DNA of 64,000 nucleotides from Tolypothrix carrinoi HA7290-LM1 (GCA_019358935.1 JAHHIK010000026.1:14559-78558), one strand, 5' to 3'; shown: positions 33,931 through 43,435, numbered from the stretch's first letter. The notes: a model not told the origin generated them from the sequence alone. Made by a program: numbers and translations.

Positions 33931-33979
33931 TTGCGCGGTGCTTTGTTGTGAAATTTCATGTAAAACTACATTAACAAAG

Positions 33980-34009
33980 AACTTATCACAGCACTTCTAA
34001 CCTTGTCAA
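33980..34009 (-). promoter_or_regulatory. Probable sigma70-type promoter for the aroF leader
   Basis: TTGACA (34009-34004), 18 nt spacer, TAAGTT (33985-33980). Confidence 0.6.
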
Positions 34010-34044
34010 GGCTCCCACCAGACCAAAAAAGAGTTAGAAGTTAG

Positions 34045-34142
34045 GTAGAGACGTTCCACACCGAACGTCTGTACAAAAGGCGCGGAGTTAGGAGTTGTAG
34101 AGACGTTCCACACCGAACGTCTCTACAAAAGGCGCGGAGTTA
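34045..34142. repeat. Tandem duplicate of the palindromic GTAGAGACGTTC...GAACGTCTCTAC repeat
   Basis: Two ~52-nt copies here, with related single copies at about 29413-29441 and 43327-43356. Confidence 0.8.
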
Positions 34143-34263
34143 TAAGTTATAAGTTGTAAATTATAAATTATGATTGCGACTCCCCACTCCTCCACTCCCC
34201 CACTAAGAGCACTCCTCCACTCCCCCACTCCCCACTAAGAGCACTCCCACCTTAAGTTTGATT

Positions 34264-34806
34264 ATGCCTAGTTCCAAAATATTAGCCGTGCCTTTAAATT
34301 ATCAAGGAGTTTACCCTTGCCCAGTCTGTCGTGTTGGTAAAATTCGCGACATGCATTTAATGGAGGCTATGTCTTGTGACTTCTGTCATGAGATTTTTAC
34401 CGTCAATCTAGAACAACAGCAACTGAAGATGCCTTCTCGTCAACCACCGCTGACTTGGCGTTGGAATGGCTTTAATTGGACAGAAACTCAGTTGGAAGGT
34501 GTGGAATTGGGTTGGGGTTATGCCCTAGGTGCCGTTGCTTTTGTGCTTTTTCCGACTATTATCATCGGCATAGTCGCTTACAATTTTCCTTTAGATCCAC
34601 ATGCTCCGATTACTTGGTTGCCTTCTATCTGGACTTGCTTAACCTTTTTGCTGCATTTCTCAATTATTGTTTGGCTGTTGATTGAGATTTATCAGGTTCC
34701 TCTTGGTGCGTATTGGAGAGGTATCGTCCGATGGAGAGAAGTCCGAGCGACGGTTACGAGCGCTCGGAACTTCCAAAGAAATAGCGTTATCAGAAACGGG
34801 GAATAG
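34264..34806 (+). CDS. Hypothetical membrane protein with N-terminal Cys4 zinc ribbon
   Basis: CPVC...CDFC followed by two hydrophobic helices. Confidence 0.8.
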   Translation: MPSSKILAVPLNYQGVYPCPVCRVGKIRDMHLMEAMSCDFCHEIFTVNLEQQQLKMPSRQPPLTWRWNGFNWTETQLEGVELGWGYALGAVAFVLFPTIIIGIVAYNFPLDPHAPITWLPSIWTCLTFLLHFSIIVWLLIEIYQVPLGAYWRGIVRWREVRATVTSARNFQRNSVIRNGE

Positions 34807-34916
34807 GAAATAAGGAATAGAAAATGGGAAATAACCCTCTGTTTGTACCAGTCGCTAGTATTATTTCTTATGCATTAAAGAAAATTATGTCACTGCGTCA
34901 GGTAGCATACAAGTAT

Positions 34917-35036
34917 GTTTTGTTGGGCAGAAAACTACTGCCGCTTGCGTGAGATATCAAGAAGCGTCAAGTTGCTAAAAATCTCACGGATGGCGGTAAA
35001 AAATGGCGGAATATACCGTTATCTACCCAACAAAAC
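34917..35036 (+). ncRNA. Candidate structured RNA or 5' leader (three-way junction)
   Basis: Four nested or branched helices, starting 8 nt after a TAGCAT -10-like box. See findings. Confidence 0.5.
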
Positions 35037-35113
35037 CTAAATTTGCGCTCAAATTAAGCAAATAAAGGGTTGCATCACTTCACTATTAACTTGATTTTCC
35101 ACCAAAACGTCTT

Positions 35114-35761
35114 ATGAGCGAGCTGGAGCGGTACTATAGAGTCTTGGAATTAGAACCCGGAGCAACACTGGAGGAAGTAAACCAAGCTTACAAAGATTTG
35201 GTTTTTGTGTGGCATCCCGATCGCATTCCCTTAGATAATCTCCGCTTGCAACAAAAAGCACAAGATAAGCTGAAAGCAATTAATGAAGCTCGTGATAAAT
35301 TGCGCTCTTTTAAGGCAAAGTATCAAGTTTCACAAACTTCATCACCTTCTCAACCAAAAAAGTCTTCCGAACCAACTCAGCAACCACCAAAGAAAAGCTC
35401 AGACTTGAGTGGCAAAGACTACAGTCGGGCAAATTTGAGCAACAAAGATTTATCTGGCAGAAACCTGAGTTACTCTAACTTGAATGGTGCTAATCTCAGC
35501 GATACTTTTATGCACAAAGTTAATCTTAGAGGCGCAGATTTGTCGGAAGCAAATTTGTTTCGGGCAAACTTACTTTTAGCCGATCTTCGAGAAGCTAATT
35601 TGCGGAATGCGAACTTGATTGGAGCGGATCTCAGTGGAGCAGATTTGCGCGGAGCCGACTTTACAGGAGCAAGAATTCGCTCCGGCGATCGCCTGCTTGT
35701 AAAACTAATTGGTGCTAATTTGTCTGGCGCAATTATGCCTGATGGCACAATTCATGCCTAA
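35114..35761 (+). CDS. DnaJ-domain plus pentapeptide repeat protein
   Basis: J-domain WHPD and A(D/N)Lxx repeats. Confidence 0.93.
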   Translation: MSELERYYRVLELEPGATLEEVNQAYKDLVFVWHPDRIPLDNLRLQQKAQDKLKAINEARDKLRSFKAKYQVSQTSSPSQPKKSSEPTQQPPKKSSDLSGKDYSRANLSNKDLSGRNLSYSNLNGANLSDTFMHKVNLRGADLSEANLFRANLLLADLREANLRNANLIGADLSGADLRGADFTGARIRSGDRLLVKLIGANLSGAIMPDGTIHA

Positions 35762-35955
35762 TTAACGTCACGTTTGTGACATTTAGGCTTTCATCTATTA
35801 CGTATTTTAACTTGTTACGAAGTTACATTTATTCAACAAATAGCAATAACAACTTGTATTCTCTCGTTGAAATTCGATCTATGAAACTTTCTTTGAATGT
35901 ACTGATTAATTAACTATTAACACTTAATTAAAACGGGTTTATATAAGTCATAAAA

Positions 35956-36525
35956 ATGAGCACAGATTTTTCATTGACCTCTTTCCCAAAGCTAGAGACA
36001 GAACGTCTTTTTCTACATCAAGAAACCCCAAAGGATGCTGAAGCCGTCTTTGCTGTGTTTTCTGACCCAAAAGTGACTCAATTTCATGACCTTGATACTT
36101 TCACTCTTATCGAGGAGGCATTTGGTGTCATTGAGCGACGGACTAAACGATTTGAAATGGGACGTGGAATACGATGGGGAATTACGCGCAAGCAAGACAA
36201 TACCTTAATTGGTTCCTGTGGCTTTACATGGGATCAACAAGCAATGGGTGCTGATATGGGTTATGAACTTGCCAGCACCTATTGGAGACAAGGCATTATG
36301 ACGGAGGCATTGCAAAGTATTCTCCAATTCGCGTTTGATGAGATGCGCTTGCGCTTTGTTACTGCCGAAGTCATGTTGGATAATATTGCTTCTAAGAAAC
36401 TATTGTCTAAGTTAGGCTTTCAGAGTCGGGGTGTGCTGAAACAGCATGGATTTTGGAAGGGACAGCATCATGATTTGGAGCAATTTGTACTAACCTTTTC
36501 TGAGAATTATTATCATTATAATTGA
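35956..36525 (+). CDS. GNAT acetyltransferase (RimJ/RimL family)
   Basis: FPKLETERL, LIGSCG, YWRQGIMTEAL, NIASKKLLSKLGF. Confidence 0.9.
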   Translation: MSTDFSLTSFPKLETERLFLHQETPKDAEAVFAVFSDPKVTQFHDLDTFTLIEEAFGVIERRTKRFEMGRGIRWGITRKQDNTLIGSCGFTWDQQAMGADMGYELASTYWRQGIMTEALQSILQFAFDEMRLRFVTAEVMLDNIASKKLLSKLGFQSRGVLKQHGFWKGQHHDLEQFVLTFSENYYHYN

Positions 36526-36603
36526 GATTTATATCTTGGCAGCGCCTTTTTTTTAATCTATTTATATCTTTGTCTTTTTCCAGAAAGAAATTATAGGAGC
36601 TTG

Positions 36604-36709
36604 TATAGCAGTTTGTTTAGGATTCGCGAAAAAACAAGATACCCGACTTCTTATAGAAGTCGGGTATCTGAAGATTATCTATTTTTATAAATGAAATAAA
36701 ATTGCTATA
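36604..36709. mobile_element. MITE-like element with internal palindrome
   Basis: TATAGCA...TGCTATA ends, with internal AGATACCCGACTTCT-tat-AGAAGTCGGGTATCT. Confidence 0.6.
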
Positions 36710-36780
36710 TCAATTTATTTTGTGACCAAACCAAGGCGAACATCCTTTCTTTGGTCATCACCATACAACGCTTAAGATAA

Positions 36781-36942
36781 AACTGGGTGATGATTAAGAT
36801 TACAGACAACGGTTTTAGAATTTCCAGAAAATCAAGCAAAGATATTTGAAACTTTTTTCACCACCAAACCTATCGGAATTAATACAAATTTAGGCTGATC
36901 GATTAGTTACCCAATTATAGTAGAAAAACACGGCGCTATTTT
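36781..36942 (+). pseudogene. Histidine-kinase HATPase remnant
   Basis: NWVMIKITDNG, then a frameshift, then QAKIFETFFTTKPIGINTNLG*SISYPIIVEKHG. Confidence 0.78.
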
Positions 36943-37244
36943 TAAGCATAGCAAATCTGATATTGGCACATAGTACAACAAAAGCGATCGCATACGCCAA
37001 TTCCCGCACCAATCTCTAAGCGCGACATCTGCGGAAATTCCCTACTAGCTATTAGTCACAGTTTCTAGTTTTGCCATATCTACGCTTGTATATCCAGAGG
37101 TTTACATCGCGTTAGTTGCAAATTAAACCAATATGCCTTAGGGCAGAAAAAGCGATTATTTTCATTCTCTGATGTAAGTTGTATTGTCATTCATGACCTG
37201 CAATATGAGAAACTTGGCAATATTACCTAAAAATCAAATTTAAG

Positions 37245-37730
37245 ATGAGCAGCACAATTTCTGATATTACAGTCAAAACCATCAACGGTGAGGAAAAGCG
37301 ACTAAAGGAGTACGCTGGTAAGGTACTCCTAATTGTCAATGTCGCTTCTATGTGTGGTTATACCCCCCAATACGAAGGATTAGAAAAGTTAAACCAAATG
37401 TATCGAGATGCAGGGTTACGTATCCTCGCGTTCCCCTGTAATGATTTTGGTGAGCAGGAACCAGGAAGCAATGAAGAAATTGCCCAATTCTGCACAAGCA
37501 ACTATGGCGTTACTTTTGAGTTATTTGATAAAGTTCATGCTAAAGGTTCGCAGCAGCACCCACTTTATGCGCGACTCACTAATGCTGTAGAGCCAACCGG
37601 ACCGATTTCTTGGAACTTTGAAAAATTTTTAGTCAACAAACAAGGTGAGGTAGTAGCTCGATTTAAAAGTAGTGTAAAGCCATATTCACCAGATTTAATT
37701 GCCACTCTAGAAGGAGAATTAGCAAAATAA
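37245..37730 (+). CDS. Glutathione peroxidase family peroxidase
   Basis: VNVASMCGYTPQY, AFPCNDFGEQEPG, WNFEKFLV. Confidence 0.95.
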   Translation: MSSTISDITVKTINGEEKRLKEYAGKVLLIVNVASMCGYTPQYEGLEKLNQMYRDAGLRILAFPCNDFGEQEPGSNEEIAQFCTSNYGVTFELFDKVHAKGSQQHPLYARLTNAVEPTGPISWNFEKFLVNKQGEVVARFKSSVKPYSPDLIATLEGELAK

Positions 37731-37877
37731 TTGGGTAATGGGTAATGGGTAATGGGTAGTGGGTAGTGGGTAATGGGTAGGAGTACTTTTTTACAACGCT
37801 CCAACTCACAACTCACAACGCTCCACCTAACAAATAACAACTAACAATTAACAAATTCGATAATTTCTACCTAAAGT

Positions 37878-38705
37878 ATGATGAATATTGCAATCATTGG
37901 TTGTGGTTATGTAGGTTATGCGATCGCTCGATATTGGCAACAAAATTCATATGACGTTGTCACTGCCACTACAACTACTCAGTCGCGTGTTCCAGCACTG
38001 AAATCAGTAGCCCAAAAGGTTGTAGTAGTCTCAGGAAATGACCCAGAAGCTCTACAATCGGTATTGCAAAATCAAGATGTTGTACTGCTGAGTATTGGTG
38101 CAAAAAGTGCCAATGTCTACGAAGAAACTTATCTCCACACCGCCAGAAATTTAGTTTCCGTCTTGCGGCAGATTCCTAGTGTACGTCATCTGATATATAC
38201 AGGAAGTTATGCAGTTTACGGTGACAGAAACGGTGCTTGGGTTTCGGAAGAAACACCTGTTACACCTGCCAATTCCAATGGAGAAATTCTCAGTCAAACT
38301 GAGGATGTGCTGCTATCAGCAGAAAGCGAAAATCTCCGGGTTTGTATTTTACGATTGGGGGGAATTTATGGACCAGATAGGGAATTGGTAAAAATATTTG
38401 GTCGAGCTGCTGGTACAACCCGTCCCGGCGATGGTAATGATGTAACTAACTGGATTCACCTTGATGATATCGTTGGTGCAATTGAGTTTGTCCGTCAACA
38501 CAACTTACAAGGTATTTATAACTTGGTTGATGACGCACATCTTCAAAGTCGAGAATTGCTTGACACTTTGTTTGCCAAACACAATTTACCTCAAGTGATG
38601 TGGGATTCTTCCCAAACAAGTAATCGCCCATATAATGCTAAAGTGTCGAATCAAAAGATAAAAGATGCCGGATATGAATTGATTCATCCAAAAATGATTT
38701 TTTAG
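37878..38705 (+). CDS. Atypical SDR / NAD-dependent epimerase family protein
   Basis: IIGCGYVG, ILRLGGIYGP, NWIHLDDI. Confidence 0.9.
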   Translation: MMNIAIIGCGYVGYAIARYWQQNSYDVVTATTTTQSRVPALKSVAQKVVVVSGNDPEALQSVLQNQDVVLLSIGAKSANVYEETYLHTARNLVSVLRQIPSVRHLIYTGSYAVYGDRNGAWVSEETPVTPANSNGEILSQTEDVLLSAESENLRVCILRLGGIYGPDRELVKIFGRAAGTTRPGDGNDVTNWIHLDDIVGAIEFVRQHNLQGIYNLVDDAHLQSRELLDTLFAKHNLPQVMWDSSQTSNRPYNAKVSNQKIKDAGYELIHPKMIF

Positions 38706-38728
38706 TAGATATTAAATTAAGGTTGGGT

Positions 38729-39661
38729 ATGCAACAATTATCTTCAACAACAGCATCTCCCACCCAATTTTACACTTGGGAGAATTACCGCTGCGCTTAC
38801 GAAGTTTATCAGCCAATTAATGCAACACCAGAAGGTATTCCCCTGCTTTTAATTCATCCTATCGGTGTTGGGTTATCACGGCAGTTTTGGCAGCGATTTT
38901 GCCGCGAATGGTATAATAAAGGTCATCGCAATATAATTTACAATCCTGATTTACTCGGATGCGGTGAAAGTGATAAACCTCATGTGGCTTACACTCCTAG
39001 TGATTGGGCAAAGCAGTTGCAACACTTTTTACAAACAGTGGTGCAAAAACCTGTAATTTTAGTGGTGCAAGGTGCTTTATTTCCTGTTGCTATAGAATTG
39101 GTTAAAACAGAAGTAAATTTAATTGCTGGACTTGTGCTTTCTGGTCCTCCAGCTTGGGCTGTAATTACGAAACAATCACCCAAATGGCAGCAAAAATTAA
39201 CTTGGAATTTGTTAGATTCGCCTTTTGGTAATCTATTTTATCGATATGCGCGACGTAAAGAATTTTTACGTTCTTTCTCAATTCGCCAACTTTTTGCTAA
39301 GAGCGATGCTGTGGATGAAGAATGGTTAAATACTTTAATTGCAGGTGCAGAAAATACCCAAACTCGTTATGCGGTGTTTTCTTTTTTAGCTGGATTTTGG
39401 CGACAAGATTATAGTAACGCGATCGCTTCCATCAAACAACCAACTTTGGTAGTTGTCGGCGAAACTGCTTCCAGCATCAGCCAAGCAGGTAAAAATGAAT
39501 CACCACAAGAACGCTTGGCTGACTATCTCGCAGTTTTACCTCAAGGTCAGGGAATCAAAATCACTGGACGAAATGTCCCACCATATGAGTCTACCGCTGA
39601 ATTTGTCAAAGATATAACCCCATTTATCGATGAAGTTTCTCAAAGCGTGAAAATATCTTAA
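38729..39661 (+). CDS. Alpha/beta-fold hydrolase-like protein
   Basis: LLLIHPIGVG, PDLLGCGESDKP, PTLVVVG. The nucleophile elbow is atypical (VQGA). Confidence 0.85.
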   Translation: MQQLSSTTASPTQFYTWENYRCAYEVYQPINATPEGIPLLLIHPIGVGLSRQFWQRFCREWYNKGHRNIIYNPDLLGCGESDKPHVAYTPSDWAKQLQHFLQTVVQKPVILVVQGALFPVAIELVKTEVNLIAGLVLSGPPAWAVITKQSPKWQQKLTWNLLDSPFGNLFYRYARRKEFLRSFSIRQLFAKSDAVDEEWLNTLIAGAENTQTRYAVFSFLAGFWRQDYSNAIASIKQPTLVVVGETASSISQAGKNESPQERLADYLAVLPQGQGIKITGRNVPPYESTAEFVKDITPFIDEVSQSVKIS

Positions 39662-39727
39662 TTTCATTGAATTTCGCTTTTTAACCTAGTTTTTTTGCAA
39701 AACTGGGTTTTTCGCACGCTTGACATG

Positions 39728-39742
39728 TCATAATCATTATGA
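39728..39742. promoter_or_regulatory. PerR/Fur-type operator inside the Prx-Grx promoter
   Basis: Perfect 7-1-7 palindrome TCATAAT-C-ATTATGA between TTGACA (39720-39725) and TACGCT (39744-39749). Confidence 0.72.
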
Positions 39743-39781
39743 GTACGCTTAATGTGAACTGCTATTTAAGGAGCCAAATTC

Positions 39782-40516
39782 ATGTTGTCTAATAAAGAAG
39801 GACAAAAAGTACCACAAGTTACTTTCCGGACTCGTCAGAACAACGAGTGGGTGGATGTAACCACCGATGAACTGTTTGCTAATAAGACAGTGGTTGTCTT
39901 TTCGTTACCAGGTGCTTTTACACCGACTTGTTCATCTACGCATTTGCCTGGTTACAACCAAATGGCAAAAGTCTTTAAGGAAAATGGTGTAGATAGCATC
40001 ATTTGTATTTCCGTAAATGACGCCTTTGTGATGAACGAATGGGCAAAAGACCAAGAGTCAGGTAATGTAATATTAATTCCCGATGGCAACGGTGAATTCA
40101 CTGAAGGCATGGGAATGCTAGTAGATAAAGCAGATTTAGGTTTTGGTAAGCGATCGTGGCGCTATTCTATGCTAGTGAAGAATGGCGTAGTTGAAAAAAT
40201 GTTTATTGAGCCAGACGAACCTGGAGATCCCTTTAAAGTGTCGGATGCAGAGACAATGCTCAATTACATCAACCCCGGAGCGGCAAAGCCCAAAGCTGTT
40301 TCTTTGTTTACAAAAGTGGGTTGTCCTTTCTGCGCTCGTGCTAAGGATATGCTGAAGCAGAATGATATTGATTACGAAGAAATCGTTTTAGGTAAAGGTG
40401 CTTCCACACGCTCTTTAAGAGCGGTTACAGGTGCGACAACAGTTCCCCAAGTATTTATTGATGGTAAGTTAATTGGCGGTTCTGAGGCGTTAGAAGCTTA
40501 TTTAACAGTAAAATAA
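39782..40516 (+). CDS. Hybrid peroxiredoxin (Prx5)-glutaredoxin
   Basis: [23 protein letters not shown], and Grx CPFC...TVPQVFI. Confidence 0.95.
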   Translation: MLSNKEGQKVPQVTFRTRQNNEWVDVTTDELFANKTVVVFSLPGAFTPTCSSTHLPGYNQMAKVFKENGVDSIICISVNDAFVMNEWAKDQESGNVILIPDGNGEFTEGMGMLVDKADLGFGKRSWRYSMLVKNGVVEKMFIEPDEPGDPFKVSDAETMLNYINPGAAKPKAVSLFTKVGCPFCARAKDMLKQNDIDYEEIVLGKGASTRSLRAVTGATTVPQVFIDGKLIGGSEALEAYLTVK

Positions 40517-40609
40517 GCCCCCTACTCTACAAGAGTAGGACTATACGAACGAAGCCCACGCAGGTGGGCTAAAATTTTTCTAGCCCGCGTAGGCGGGCTT
40601 GGTAGGCAC

Positions 40610-40834
40610 AACGCTACACCTATTCGCAATGTTGCCGGCAAAGGTAGAAGAGGAAGCGTCAGTGATGATTTGGCAATGACTATGTTAGACAATGTTTATG
40701 TCATCGCTTTCTTTCCCCCCGAAAAAATGTCTTCAGTGGCAAATTATATTAGACCTATTCTGAATAAGTTAGGGGGGACGTGTTTTATTTCCGATGCGGT
40801 GGAATTGCTAACAACTAGATGCGTTGGTAGTTAA
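40610..40834 (+). pseudogene. 5'-truncated P-II-like protein remnant
   Basis: Open frame IRNVAGKGRRGSVSDDLAMTMLDNVYVIAF...IRPILNKLGGTCFISDAVEL*. No upstream start, and it begins right after repeat hairpins at 40552-40600. Confidence 0.6.
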
Positions 40835-41847
40835 TTTAAGGTTTTGTCGGCAACGGGTGATTTGTGAATCTGTAATTGTTCCCCGTTTGAGAGATGTGTC
40901 CACAACAGCGGCATACAGGCTTTGCAGATTGCTTCGACATGACGATGATCGGTTCCACAGCAACCTCCCAACACGTTTAAATTCTTCAATTTATCTCTCA
41001 AATCCCGGTATTGATTGCCGAGTTCAAGAGGATTGCCGTCATCTAATTCCGTTGCCTCATTCAGTTCTGCATGACTCTTACTAGAAGCATTGGCTCGGAT
41101 GCCGCGAATTCTGTCTAACCACGGTTCACCAATTTTTAGCACACTTGCGAAGTGAGTTGGATGGGCACAATTAATCATGTAATAGGCAGGTGCATAGTCT
41201 GTGGCGACATCGACTTGGGCGATCGCCTCCCCCAAAGTTTGTTTTGTTGGCAATCTGCCATCGGTTTCAACTGTAAACGAGATCACCACAGGCATCCCGG
41301 CTGATTTGGCTGCACGGGCAATACCAATCGCTTCTTCGACATAATTCATGGTGATCGCGGTTACTAGGTCTGCATCGGCATCATGAAATGTTTCAATTTG
41401 CGGTCGGTGATACTGCTGTGCCTCATCAGAGGTCATCAAGTCAGCAGGATTATAGCCATCACCACGAGGTCCAAGACACCCACTAATTACCATCCTGGTT
41501 TTCTCAGTCTCGTATTTATTCCGAATGTCATGCAGTAGTGCGATCGCCCTACGGTTCATATGAGCTAAGGTTTCACGGTCATAACCAAGTTTTGTGCCCC
41601 AATCTAAATTTGCACGCCAGGTTGCACTCTCTAGAATAAGTCCGACTTCATAATCTCTGGCAAGAATGGCATAGGTGCGGAAGTACTTCTCAAGAGCCTT
41701 ATACCCTGCGTCATACTTTAACAAATCAAACGCCGCGAACTCAGGTAACTCCAGTTTTTCACGAAAGATCAGCGTGGTTTCAATCCCACCATCAGTAACA
41801 AACAAATCACTCGATAATTGTGGCAAATTGTTTCTGTATCGTGCCAT
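40831..41847 (-). CDS. Homocysteine S-methyltransferase family protein
   Basis: TDGGIETTL, GPRGDGY, MINCAHP, GGCCGTD. Confidence 0.93.
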   Translation of the reverse strand: MARYRNNLPQLSSDLFVTDGGIETTLIFREKLELPEFAAFDLLKYDAGYKALEKYFRTYAILARDYEVGLILESATWRANLDWGTKLGYDRETLAHMNRRAIALLHDIRNKYETEKTRMVISGCLGPRGDGYNPADLMTSDEAQQYHRPQIETFHDADADLVTAITMNYVEEAIGIARAAKSAGMPVVISFTVETDGRLPTKQTLGEAIAQVDVATDYAPAYYMINCAHPTHFASVLKIGEPWLDRIRGIRANASSKSHAELNEATELDDGNPLELGNQYRDLRDKLKNLNVLGGCCGTDHRHVEAICKACMPLLWTHLSNGEQLQIHKSPVADKTLN

Positions 41848-41925
41848 TTTTAGTCTTCCTGTTAGTTGATAAGGTTGACGCTCGCCCCAGATGTAGATGT
41901 CGCATTGGAGATTTTTCTTGGTTCT

Positions 41926-42225
41926 TTACCATGCCTGCAAACCACCATCTAGGTGCGCCACATTTTGATAGCCCCTGACTACTGTTTGACATAAGACTTC
42001 TTGCACTCCCAAAGGGAAAAGGGGAGGCAGTGCGGACCAGACCAGCCCCCGACGGGCGCGGTCTAGAGCGATCGATGGGGGACTGGCTCTAGAGTTGGGT
42101 CTTGGTGTCGGACTTACGCGAGAGCATCTGCCGTGAAAGGGTAGGAAAAAAGCTCTCTCACTTCGGGTGCAAAAAAGAATGAGTGCAAGAGGTCTATACA
42201 TTTGAGTCGCATCAGTTGCCAACAT
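41926..42225 (-). pseudogene. Degraded rhodanese-domain remnant interrupted by repeats
   Basis: ILFC...R and GYQNVAHLDGGLQAW* motifs separated by a GGCAGTGCGG...GAGCATCTGCCGT repeat insertion. Confidence 0.6.
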
Positions 42226-42632
42226 AGCGCTTTGCTTCTCTAATTAAATGCAAGCAAAATCAACTTATGCAATGCCTGAGATACGAATGAGCGCAAAAAC
42301 GGCAACAAACTCTTATTCCTTCTTTTTCGGAGACGCTCCTGGGCGAAAATGTCCTTCTCTTCTCCTGTCACCAGACGCTGCGCGAACGAGACGCTTGTAT
42401 ACTAAAGGCTCCTTCATGTGCGAACGTAAGGGCGAACCTGGTTCGTTATTCCGTGAGGGAGTGCCGTAAGTCTTATGAGATATGCCTCCCGGAGTTTGGC
42501 GTAATCGTAGGGTTAGCCTAACTTAAATTAAGTGTTAATCTCCTCTGGATGATCCGCGAGATATTGATAAAAAAATTTATATTTAGAGAGATTTCAGTGT
42601 AGAGAAGTTGTATTGCGACATCTTGACAAGCC

Positions 42633-42685
42633 TTGACTTAAACCTTTCATTCTGGTAATCTGAAAAATACCAATCGGTCGGATAT
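42633..42685 (+). promoter_or_regulatory. tetR promoter and candidate operator
   Basis: TTGACT-17-TAATCT followed by CAATCGGTC (42671-42679). The reverse complement GACCGATTG occurs at 43399-43407 before the GST gene. Confidence 0.6.
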
Positions 42686-42690
42686 GTTTC

Positions 42691-43284
42691 ATGGCTAAAG
42701 GCGAAGAAACTAAAGAAAAAATTTTGCAACAAGCTGCGGAACTGTTTAATCAACAGGGGTATGCTGGTTCGTCGATTTCTGACATCATGCGGGTGACAGG
42801 ATTGCAGAAAGGGGGAATTTACAATCACTTCAAAAGCAAAGATGAGTTAGCGTTATTGGCTTTTGATTATGCGATCGCTCAAATCAAACAGCATTATCGA
42901 GTTGCATTGCGAAGCAAACGTCATGCAATAGAACGCTTGCAAGCAATTATTGACGTATTTCGCAGCTTTGTAGATAATCCTATCATCAAAGGAGGATGTC
43001 CGCTGTTGAATACGGCAGTTGAGAGTGATGATACTCATCCTCAGTTGCGCGATCGCACTCAACAAGCGATGAATTCTTGGCGGGATATGATTTGCCTAAT
43101 TATCCAAAAAGGCATTGAAAAAGGCGAAATTCGCCCAGAAGTTAACGCTGATGAAGTTGCAACTATCATTATTTCCACACTTGAAGGAGCTGTAATGATG
43201 ACCAAGTTATACCAAGATTCGATTCACATGGAAAGAGTCATCAAGCATTTGAATAATTACATTGAAACCGACTTGCAAATATAA
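42691..43284 (+). CDS. TetR/AcrR family regulator
   Basis: ILQQAAELFNQQGY...KGGIYNHFKSKDEL, GGCPLLN. Confidence 0.95.
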   Translation: MAKGEETKEKILQQAAELFNQQGYAGSSISDIMRVTGLQKGGIYNHFKSKDELALLAFDYAIAQIKQHYRVALRSKRHAIERLQAIIDVFRSFVDNPIIKGGCPLLNTAVESDDTHPQLRDRTQQAMNSWRDMICLIIQKGIEKGEIRPEVNADEVATIIISTLEGAVMMTKLYQDSIHMERVIKHLNNYIETDLQI

Positions 43285-43435
43285 ATAACCTGTAATTTTA
43301 TTCTACCTAAATTTTGTTCAATATTTGTAGAGACGTTCCGGACCGAACGTCTCTACCAGAAATTAGAAATTGAATATCTAATATTTTTCTTTTTTACAGA
43401 CCGATTGTACTGAAAGCCTAACCCCCAAAAATCAA

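Noticed and set aside
33924..33959. Third tiny ORF MKFHNKAPRKC* overlapping the start of leader 1
   Set aside because: It has no control-codon enrichment or associated structure. It could at most provide translational coupling, and I cannot support that.
34045..34142. Palindromic direct repeats resembling a mini-CRISPR
   Set aside because: There are only two copies, the intervening sequence is itself duplicated, no cas genes are present, and the unit occurs singly elsewhere as a dispersed repeat.
41850..42000. SAM riboswitch upstream of the methyltransferase (and SAH riboswitch before ahcY, 27960-28130)
   Set aside because: I could not find the consensus elements. The first region is better explained as a rhodanese remnant.
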